A DNA stretch of 40,917 nt, from positions 1 through 40,917 of the forward strand of contig CALREG010000001.1 of NCBI GenBank assembly GCA_943355135.1. Direction: 5' to 3'. This document shows, piece after piece, positions 34,847 to 40,917 of this stretch. The notes below the pieces were generated by a model. The model was not told where the DNA came from, searched no databases, and worked only from the letters and a program-made list of their open reading frames with translations. Both the position numbers and the translations under genes were made by a program. The first letter of the stretch is position 1, and each line of letters starts with the position of its first letter. The stretch comes from Candidatus Nomurabacteria bacterium. GTDB lineage: Bacteria > Patescibacteriota > Minisyncoccia > Phycocordibacterales > SBAW01.

Positions 34847-35443
34847 CGCTGATTGTCCCTGCGCCCTTAATATTTGGGGCTTTTTTGTGCAGTAGAAGGT
34901 GTGATTTCCGTAGATAGCCACTTGTCGCAGCTTCTTGCGGAACCACTTGTTCGGCTTTTTGCCGACACCCTTGTTGTCGGTGCGTTTGTAATGAGTGACG
35001 CACCGATTTGCCTCGGGCCAAGTATGCTCGAACTTCCCTGCCAACAACGTGTCGGCGAGACTGAGCATAAATTCCCAGCGGCCCGCTGCTTTTGGCAGCG
35101 TGTCGGGAGCAAGCTCCCTCGTCCAAGAGAACTGGTTTTGCTGGTACACAACCTCGCAAATGGTGTTGCGATAGCTGTGCTTCCTGCCCAGTTCCACCCG
35201 CCGAAGGACTACGCGGGTGATGGCCTCGAGCTCCTCGCGCGCTCCTACGCGCAGATGCGAGTTGCCGAGGGTCTCGAGCGCCATATTGCGCGCGAGGCAC
35301 TCGCGGTCGGTGTAGACCGTCGAGGTAGAGACCGGCGCTTTCTCGGCCGATTTGGGTACGGACGTCTGCCGCACCAGATGTGGCCAGATCATCGCTGCAA
35401 GAGCGAGGAGCAGGCCGACGAGCAGTACTGGTCTGAGGCGCAT
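34835..35443 (-). CDS. SleB/CwlJ-type cell wall hydrolase family protein (GC-rich islet II)
   Basis: ECLARNMALE...EAITRVVLRRV...ICEVVYQQNQFSW follows the Hydrolase_2 (SleB) pattern. N-terminal signal/anchor. Perfect SD AAGGAGG lies 6 nt upstream. Confidence 0.7.
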   Translation of the reverse strand: MRLRPVLLVGLLLALAAMIWPHLVRQTSVPKSAEKAPVSTSTVYTDRECLARNMALETLGNSHLRVGAREELEAITRVVLRRVELGRKHSYRNTICEVVYQQNQFSWTRELAPDTLPKAAGRWEFMLSLADTLLAGKFEHTWPEANRCVTHYKRTDNKGVGKKPNKWFRKKLRQVAIYGNHTFYCTKKPQILRAQGQSAAAR

Positions 35444-35530
35444 CGGCCCCTCCTTTCATTGTTGGAATTGTGAAGAACTAGACTGTACATTATATACTAA
35501 GATTTCCATCTTGTCAAGAATTGTATAGGC

Positions 35531-35570
35531 AAAGAAAAAGCCCCGCAGTCCGAAATACGGACTGCGGGGC
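35531..35570 (-). terminator. Rho-independent terminator
   Basis: A 13-bp stem, GCCCCGCAGTCCG (35540-35552) and CGGACTGCGGGGC (35558-35570). An A-rich run on the plus strand gives a U-run on the minus strand. It lies 5 nt after the stop at 35576. Confidence 0.85.
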
Positions 35571-35575
35571 GGTGG

Positions 35576-36148
35576 TTAGGCAACTTTTTGCATAGGCGAG
35601 TGTGGTTCGTGAGCCCACGCGGCCAACGAAAACACCATCTGGAAGACAAGACACCATGCAGCCACTTCGTTTGGCGGCACCCGTGTTGCCTCGATGAGAT
35701 AGAGATACGCTCCAAAGGCCGCTGGTGTAGGCGCCAAGGCTGGCAAATTGAAGAGCAGCCCACTCGGCTCGCGGCTTGCGAGTGCGGCACCAACCCACCA
35801 GAAGCCGATTGCGGCGACTCCAAGCAGAACGGCGAAGCCGATCGAGACGATGCCTGTCGCGTAGTGGAAGACCACTGGAGCGAAAAAGCCGCACACGGTC
35901 GCGAGGCACAGCCACAAAACCGAGCCCAATACATCCTCCTCGTCCCCCATTGCATCGGGGTTGGCAGTGACCATCGAGACGCCGATGAGCACCGGCACGA
36001 TCCCGCTGAGCCACATCCAGAGGGTGAAGCCGATGATGCCGCGCGACACGCCCTCGAACACCAGCAACATCGCAAACTGAGCTGCGAGCACCCATCCGTA
36101 GGGCACCATCCAACCCGTGGTCAGCACGGTAGTCAGCTTTCGAAACAT
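35576..36148 (-). CDS. Hypothetical polytopic membrane protein (GC-rich islet II)
   Basis: 190 aa with about 6 TM helices. SD GAGGTG upstream and a strong terminator downstream. Chosen over three overlapping ORFs in other frames on that basis. Confidence 0.65.
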   Translation of the reverse strand: MFRKLTTVLTTGWMVPYGWVLAAQFAMLLVFEGVSRGIIGFTLWMWLSGIVPVLIGVSMVTANPDAMGDEEDVLGSVLWLCLATVCGFFAPVVFHYATGIVSIGFAVLLGVAAIGFWWVGAALASREPSGLLFNLPALAPTPAAFGAYLYLIEATRVPPNEVAAWCLVFQMVFSLAAWAHEPHSPMQKVA

Positions 36149-36254
36149 GACCCACCTCTATATATAGAACTTGTCCGGATGCGCCGGAACCCGCTAAACA
36201 CAAAGTACCACTACCTACTTTGCGTGTCTATCGTGGTAAAATATTGTGCGACGT

Positions 36255-37169
36255 ATGGCAACTACTGAACTCTCAAAACTCAAAACCGAATTTCTAGAAT
36301 ATCTAGAGATAGAAAAGGGCCGCTCGGTTAAGACGGTGGAGAATTATGACCGCTACCTCACGCGCTACCTCGCTTTTTCTAAAGTCTCCTCCCCTGCCAA
36401 GCTTACTGAACAGTCGGTACGCGAGTTTCGCATACATCTAAACCGACAGGCGGGTACGAGTGGCACGATGAAGCACAAGACGCAGAACTACTACATGATT
36501 TCTCTGCGGGCGTTTCTCAAATTTCTGCGCAAGCGCGGGATAGAAAGTTTAAACCCCGAAAGAATTGAACTCGCCAAGGTTGGTCAGCGCGATTTGGATT
36601 TGATTACTGCCGACGAACTCAATCGGCTCATCAATGGGCCAAAAAATGACCCTTCGGTTGCAGGCTTGCGCGATAGGGCAATTTTGGAATTATTTTTCTC
36701 CACCGGCTTGCGCGTCTCGGAACTCTGCGCGCTCAATCGCGACATCGACCTCTCGCGTGATGAGTTCAGTGTGCGTGGCAAAGGCGAGAAGGTGCGCGTG
36801 GTCTTCCTCTCCCCTGCCGCCAAGGCCGCTATCAAAGCCTATGAGGCGAAGCGTGGCGATGTAGACGAAGCGCTGTTTATACAAATGGGCCGCGCCTCAA
36901 AAAACGCGAATGACCTCCGGTTGACCCCTCGTTCTATAGAAAGAATCGTCAAAGGTTATGCGATTAAGGCCGGCATCACCCGCAAAGTTACGCCGCACGT
37001 TATCCGCCACAGCTTTGCCACCGATTTGCTAGAGAACGGTGCCGATCTCCGCTCGGTGCAAGCATTGCTCGGCCATGCCAACATCGCCACGACACAGGTC
37101 TATACCCACATAACCGACAAACATCTGCGCGAGGTGCATAAAAAATTTCATGGACAACGGAGAAAATAA
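36255..37169 (+). CDS. XerC/XerD-type tyrosine recombinase
   Basis: N-terminal SAM-like core-binding domain (FLEYLEIEKGRSVKTVENY). Catalytic R...HVIRHSFAT...LLGHANIATTQVYTH. The start was moved to ATG 36255; TGgTAAAAT at 36234-36242. Confidence 0.88.
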   Translation: MATTELSKLKTEFLEYLEIEKGRSVKTVENYDRYLTRYLAFSKVSSPAKLTEQSVREFRIHLNRQAGTSGTMKHKTQNYYMISLRAFLKFLRKRGIESLNPERIELAKVGQRDLDLITADELNRLINGPKNDPSVAGLRDRAILELFFSTGLRVSELCALNRDIDLSRDEFSVRGKGEKVRVVFLSPAAKAAIKAYEAKRGDVDEALFIQMGRASKNANDLRLTPRSIERIVKGYAIKAGITRKVTPHVIRHSFATDLLENGADLRSVQALLGHANIATTQVYTHITDKHLREVHKKFHGQRRK

Positions 37170-37283
37170 ATTTAAGTTGTGGATTAAACGTCTCGGCGTT
37201 TTTGGATTTCTATTCTTTTTTATAAAAGGCTTGCTGTGGCTAATAGTCCCCGCTCTGCTCATTTGGTTTGGTACAATGCGCCC

Positions 37284-38087
37284 ATGAAGCTCATCAGCTG
37301 GAACGTCAACGGAATACGTGCGGTGGTTAAGAAGGGTGACTTCCAAGCTTTTATGAAAGCGCAGAAGCCTGATGTTCTTTGCCTGCAAGAAACGAAGGCC
37401 GAGCGCGGGCAGGCAGAAGTTGATTTGAAAGAGTACGAAGAATATTGGAATAGTGCCGAAAAAAAGGGATACTCAGGCACCGCGATTTTTGTAAAAAAAG
37501 ATATCGAGGTACTGGGCGAAGAGTACGGCCTGCCCGAAGATCTGTGCAAGAAATATAAACTGCACGAAGACGATTATGGCGATCCAAACAAAGAGGGGCG
37601 CGTGGTGACGCTCGAGCTCGACGATTTTTTTGTGGTCACGAGCTACACCCCTAACTCAAAAGATGACCTGAGCCGATTGAAGCTCCGCCACAAGCAGTGG
37701 GACCCTGCGTTTTTGGAATATATGAAACGTTTGGAGAAGGAGAAGCCAGTTTTGTTTTGTGGCGACCTCAACGTGGCGCACACTCCTGATGACTTGGCCA
37801 ACCCCAAGCCTAACGTGGGCGAACACGGCTTTACCGATGAGGAGCGCGAGGGTATTAGCCACATGATTAACGCCGGCTTCGTAGACTCCTTCCGCCACTT
37901 TGTACCTAAAGGCAACGGTCACTACACGTGGTGGACGCACTGGGCCAACGCTCGCGCGCGCAACGTCGGCTGGCGCATCGACTACTGGTTTGTATCCAAA
38001 AAACTCCTCCCCCGCCTCAAAAAAGCGTACATTCTGCCCGACGTAATGGGCTCCGACCACTGCCCCGTAGTTATTGAGTTGAAATAA
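37284..38087 (+). CDS. xth: Exodeoxyribonuclease III (AP endonuclease)
   Basis: MKLISWNVNGIRA, LCLQETK and SDHCPV motifs. The start was moved to ATG 37284, with TGgTACAAT (37269-37277) 6 nt upstream. Confidence 0.92.
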   Translation: MKLISWNVNGIRAVVKKGDFQAFMKAQKPDVLCLQETKAERGQAEVDLKEYEEYWNSAEKKGYSGTAIFVKKDIEVLGEEYGLPEDLCKKYKLHEDDYGDPNKEGRVVTLELDDFFVVTSYTPNSKDDLSRLKLRHKQWDPAFLEYMKRLEKEKPVLFCGDLNVAHTPDDLANPKPNVGEHGFTDEEREGISHMINAGFVDSFRHFVPKGNGHYTWWTHWANARARNVGWRIDYWFVSKKLLPRLKKAYILPDVMGSDHCPVVIELK

Positions 38088-38110
38088 AAAATCAAATTTT
38101 GGGTACGAGT

Positions 38111-38146
38111 AAGCCCCGCTGTTTTAGGAGTATGTTAGCGGGGCTT
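38111..38146. other. GC-rich hairpin without a U-tract
   Basis: AAGCCCCGCT (38111-38120) and AGCGGGGCTT (38137-38146) with a 16-nt loop. Both arms are identical to the arms of the 32618-32643 terminator. Confidence 0.6.
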
Positions 38147-38403
38147 GGGTGCAATTATCTAAATCTATTTCTCACACAAGCGGTGTGGCCTTCTTTATAA
38201 ATTGGTTGTATAAGTTTGGGACCTTACCGCCAAGCTTTAAGAAGTGAAGTTAGAAGATTGCACTGGTGCAGCTGCAATGCACATGTAAAGAACTTCTCAA
38301 CGGTACGCCTATAAATTAATACAGGGTAGAAATTAATCTGCGGCGAACTCAACGAGTGATCCGCTATTGATACTACTCCTATCAAGGACAGTGTAAAGGA
38401 CAG

Positions 38404-38412
38404 TTATCCACA
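38404..38412 (+). promoter_or_regulatory. Perfect DnaA box TTATCCACA
   Basis: Exact 9-mer in the loop of the inverted repeat TAAAGGACA (38394-38402) and TGTCCTTTA (38418-38426). Confidence 0.45.
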
Positions 38413-38433
38413 CCATATGTCCTTTATGGTTGT

Positions 38434-39906
38434 CTAGTCTACAAAATACTTCTTTTGTATGTCCTTTATCTCTGCCTCCTCGGCGGCTTCTTTGGTATCC
38501 TTTGCCTCCTCTCCTATTTTGCGGAGCTCTTTGTCGCTCAAACTAAGCAACTCCCCTGCCCTACCCTCTAGATATTCAGCCGTGTTCTTGGTCGGATCTT
38601 CCAGTACTTCCTCCAATAAGGCATGGAGCGTCCAGCCGATGCGAGGTCCCGGCTTCTCCCCCAACTCGATTATCTTACGACCATCAATTTTGAGCATTCC
38701 AACCGAAATGGGGTCGCGCATAGCCTGCTCTATCATGGCCTGATACTTGCGCAGGCGGAACGGTTGCTCCTTGGGTCGCCCTGTCCCTATCCGGTCGCAT
38801 ATACGAAGGTTTATGAGGTCCCAGATGTGTTCCTTGCCCACATTGGCAACTATGCGGCGTACCGCAGACAGCGTCACCTTCTCCGGGTCACTAAAAAACA
38901 TGTGCCAGCGCACCAGGGAGGTCGCTTTGTCTATCGTTTCACGTGGAAACTTGAGGTTTTCGAGTATTTTCTTTGTCATCCGTGCCCCAACAACATCGTG
39001 TCCATGAAAGGTCCAATCCTTTTTTTCATCCGACCAGCGGCGGCTCTTAGGTTTGCCCACATCATGAAACAGGGCCGAAAGCCGGACTATAAAGCTCCAG
39101 TCTTTGTCGGCGGCATGCTGTAGAGAGCGTATGTTGTGCTCGAATACATCAAAGCTGTGCGCCTGATTTTGGGCAATTCCCATCCCTGTTTCTATCTCGG
39201 GGGCTATATACTGCAAAATACCTATTTTTTGGCTCAAAATAAGGGCTTTCATGGGCTGGGAGGAGTTTAAAATCCGCACAAACTCATCACGTATACGCTC
39301 TTTTGAGATCTTCTCTAGCTGGGAGGCGCATTCTTCTACCGCTGCTTCGGTTTTAGGCTCGATAGTGAAGTCTAGTTCGGCAGAAAGGCGCACCGCGCGC
39401 ATAATCCGGAGCGCGTCTTCCTCAAAACGTTCCTTCGGCTCCCCTACTGCCCGTATCCAGCGGGTACCCATGTCCTTTATGCCATCATACGGATCGAGTA
39501 GCTGTCCTTTAGTGGCGCTATAGGCCAACGCGTTGATAGTAAAGTCGCGGCGCTTGAGGTCGTCCTCTATGTTTTGACTAAACTGGACGCTGTCGGGGCG
39601 TCGGGCATCGCTATACTTCCCTTCCAAGCGGTATGGGGTCACCTCGACGACCTTTAGGCGCTCGTCGGTGGCGTCATCATTGACCACCCCCACGGTGCCG
39701 AACTCATTGGTGTAGTAGGTGTGCTCAAAAGTAGCCTGAATTTGCTCCGGAGTGGCGTTGGTGGTCACGTCCCAGTCTTTTGGGCTGCGCCCAAGCAAGA
39801 GATCGCGTACACACCCCCCTACTATCCACGCCTCGTAGCCGGCTTTTTCTAGACCTGTGGTGACCCGCACTACCTCGGGAGGTATCTGACTGGGGCTGAT
39901 CTGCAT
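38434..39906 (-). CDS. cca: CCA-adding enzyme (class II nucleotidyltransferase with HD domain)
   Basis: GGCVRDLLLG...DWDV head-domain motifs and the HD motif LFHDVGKP. The start was moved to ATG 39906 because the track N-terminal extension overlaps tRNA-Gly. Confidence 0.9.
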   Translation of the reverse strand: MQISPSQIPPEVVRVTTGLEKAGYEAWIVGGCVRDLLLGRSPKDWDVTTNATPEQIQATFEHTYYTNEFGTVGVVNDDATDERLKVVEVTPYRLEGKYSDARRPDSVQFSQNIEDDLKRRDFTINALAYSATKGQLLDPYDGIKDMGTRWIRAVGEPKERFEEDALRIMRAVRLSAELDFTIEPKTEAAVEECASQLEKISKERIRDEFVRILNSSQPMKALILSQKIGILQYIAPEIETGMGIAQNQAHSFDVFEHNIRSLQHAADKDWSFIVRLSALFHDVGKPKSRRWSDEKKDWTFHGHDVVGARMTKKILENLKFPRETIDKATSLVRWHMFFSDPEKVTLSAVRRIVANVGKEHIWDLINLRICDRIGTGRPKEQPFRLRKYQAMIEQAMRDPISVGMLKIDGRKIIELGEKPGPRIGWTLHALLEEVLEDPTKNTAEYLEGRAGELLSLSDKELRKIGEEAKDTKEAAEEAEIKDIQKKYFVD

Positions 39907-39916
39907 GATGTTTGTT

Positions 39917-39990
39917 TGGTGCGGATAGGGAGAATCGAACTCCCGTCTCAACCTTGGCAAGGTCGTGTTCTACCACTAAACCATATCCGC
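39917..39990 (-). tRNA. tRNA-Gly (anticodon GCC), CCA encoded
   Basis: The rc reads GCGGATA-TG-GTTT-AGTGGTA-GAAC-A-CGACC-TTGCCAA-GGTTG-AGAC-GGGAG-TTCGATT-CTCCC-TATCCGC-A-CCA. This gives a full cloverleaf of 74 nt. Confidence 0.9.
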
Positions 39991-40125
39991 TTTTATGTTT
40001 TTAAATGTGCCCCGCCTGCCGGCGGGCAGGTTCGTGAGTGAATATAACATGCATCCGCACTAAAGTTTAGTGTGGACTATGGGGAATGTCTGCTACGATA
40101 AACCCAGCCTATCCTATAGGCTCAT

Positions 40126-40197
40126 GCGTCTGTGGTGAAATGGATATCATCGCTGCCTTCGAAGCAGTTGTTGGGGGTTCGAGTTCCTCCAGACGCA
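40126..40197 (+). tRNA. tRNA-Arg (anticodon UCG), no encoded CCA
   Basis: Reads GCGTCTG-TG-GTGA-AATGGATA-TCAT-C-GCTGC-CTTCGAA-GCAGT-TGTT-GGGGG-TTCGAGT-TCCTC-CAGACGC-A. The T-stem contains two G-T pairs, hence the reduced confidence. Confidence 0.7.
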
Positions 40198-40275
40198 CAT
40201 GACACAACGGATGCTCAAAGACATCCATACTGGGGATATTGAAAACCTCCAAAACAAAGGGTTTTCAGCGACTTC

Positions 40276-40284
40276 TGTGGATAA
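40276..40284 (-). promoter_or_regulatory. Perfect DnaA box (TGTGGATAA, rc TTATCCACA)
   Basis: Exact 9-mer, followed directly by AAACTGGGGATA. The same 12-mer also follows the DnaA-box-like TGTGGAGAA at 6805-6813. Confidence 0.45.
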
Positions 40285-40385
40285 AACTGGGGATATGTGC
40301 ATTAAAGGACACAAAAAGGTCTGTCCTTCATGCCCTTTTCATATAAAACACCCAAAAGTGTTTCATATGTAACGTTCCACGTGAA

Positions 40386-40420
40386 CCCCATGAGATGGCG
40401 GCTTCGCCTATCTCACGGGG
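40386..40420 (+). promoter_or_regulatory. Motif copy D as a hairpin/palindrome just upstream of yraN
   Basis: CCCCATGAGAT (40386-40396), a 12-nt spacer, then TATCTCACGGGG (40409-40420). It is flanked by the direct repeat GTGAACCC (40381-40388 and 40420-40427). ATG at 40431. Confidence 0.5.
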
Positions 40421-40430
40421 TGAACCCACT

Positions 40431-40802
40431 ATGACAAAGACTCCAAAAAGGAAAACTGGCGATATTGGCGAAGAGGTAGTCTGCCAATACCTAGAAAGAA
40501 AGGGATTTCGGGTATTGGAGCGTAATTATCTGCGGAAATGGGGTGAGATAGATATTATTGCCGAAAAAGGGGATTTGATTAGTTTTGTCGAGGTAAAGAC
40601 TGTTACACGTGCAACAGGGCTCCGGCCAGAGGAAAATATGCACCCCGCAAAGCTCAAAAGACTCCATCGGGCGATCCAAACTTACTTGTTGGATAGAAAG
40701 GTGCCGGAAGAGAGACCTTGGAGGGTCGACTTAGCTTGTGTTTATTTGGACTTTTCGACTAGAAAGGCTACAGTAGAGGTTATAGAGAACGTAATACTCT
40801 AA
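40431..40802 (+). CDS. yraN: YraN/UPF0102 family endonuclease-like protein
   Basis: GEEVVCQYLERKGFRVLERNYLRKWGEIDIIAEKGDLISFVEVKT is the UPF0102 signature. The start was moved from 40395 to ATG 40431. Confidence 0.85.
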   Translation: MTKTPKRKTGDIGEEVVCQYLERKGFRVLERNYLRKWGEIDIIAEKGDLISFVEVKTVTRATGLRPEENMHPAKLKRLHRAIQTYLLDRKVPEERPWRVDLACVYLDFSTRKATVEVIENVIL

Positions 40803-40818
40803 AGGACACTAAAAGACA

Positions 40819-40892
40819 CGGGGCGTAGTATACTGGTAGTACAACTGCTTTGGGAGCAGTTAGACCGAGTTCGATTCTCGGCGCCCCGACCA
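40819..40892 (+). tRNA. tRNA-Pro (anticodon UGG), CCA encoded
   Basis: Reads CGGGGCG-TA-GTAT-ACTGGTA-GTAC-A-ACTGC-TTTGGGA-GCAGT-TAGA-CCGAG-TTCGATT-CTCGG-CGCCCCG-A-CCA. The C1:G72 pair is typical of bacterial tRNA-Pro. Confidence 0.88.
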
Positions 40893-40917
40893 ACGAAATG
40901 GAGATAGACCGAACCCA

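Noticed and set aside
35497-36268. Three alternative ORFs (35497-36075 minus, 35514-36203 minus, 35588-36268 plus) overlapping the 35576-36148 membrane-protein ORF
   Set aside because: Only the 35576-36148 frame has an SD (GAGGTG), a hydrophobic TM pattern and a 13-bp terminator 5 nt after its stop. The others are Arg/Cys/Gly-rich artefacts of high GC.
36255-37169. The Xer-type recombinase as the integrase of the adjacent GC-rich islet
   Set aside because: The protein looks like an ordinary XerC/XerD with host-type promoter signals and a different composition from the islet. I found no direct repeats bounding the islets. Linkage cannot be excluded without comparative data.
37178-37186. TGTGGATTA (one mismatch from a DnaA box) in the xerC-xth spacer, the same 9-mer as at 5222-5230
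   Set aside because: A single imperfect box next to a weak terminator-like hairpin (about 37186-37204). It is too little to interpret on its own.
39907-39960. N-terminal extension of the cca ORF (MPRLRREFDSPYPHQTNI) in the ORF track
   Set aside because: This segment is the reverse complement of tRNA-Gly(GCC). The first ATG after the tRNA (39906) gives a normal CCA-enzyme N-terminus.

Overview
This is a gene-dense bacterial chromosome segment. Housekeeping content: ruvC (partial), tyrS, a class A PBP, dnaN-dnaA divergent from rpmH-rnpA-yidC-jag, rsmA, a UvrD/PcrA-type helicase, a LysM/M23 peptidase, an AlkA-like glycosylase, comM, pnp, rpsO, a Xer-type recombinase, xth, cca, yraN and three tRNAs. 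The short YidC, the T4SS-type pilin cluster and the near absence of Shine-Dalgarno sequences suggest a Patescibacteria/CPR (Parcubacteria-like) genome; this is inference, as no search was run.

Main accessory content and observations:
1. A roughly 12-kb minus-strand type IV secretion-like locus (8.5-20.7 kb) has VirB2-like pilin, VirB3/PrgI-like, VirB4 ATPase, an ATPase-less VirB4 N-domain paralog and a VirB6/TrbL-like polytopic protein. No coupling protein, VirB11 or relaxase is in view. A small GIY-YIG gene bracketed by 16-bp inverted repeats splits the locus.
2. A motif TATCTCAYRGGGT occurs five times. In four copies (14902-14919, 15176-15191, 20660-20677, 20713-20730) it is fused to a -10-like box. 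Four of the five copies end 7-10 nt upstream of an ATG.
3. Most operon-first genes have a -10-like hexamer 6-8 nt upstream of the start codon and no SD, which implies leaderless mRNAs.
4. Two more GC-rich gene islets flank rpsO and separate it from pnp. Their genes use SD sites, sigma70-type promoters with a -35 box (one a perfect consensus) and GC-rich terminators that overlap or closely follow the stop codons, which suggests foreign origin.
5. A 112-nt element is present twice (27820-27931 and 33551-33662) with 5 differences. Three of them fall in a 20-bp stem and preserve pairing, making it a candidate unclassified structured RNA or miniature palindromic element.
6. Perfect DnaA boxes, a 9-mer present six times and a strand switch lie around the cca/tRNA region near 38-40.4 kb. 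This raises the possibility that oriC is not next to dnaA.

All calls come from reading the sequence and the ORF track. No database search, folding or statistics were run.
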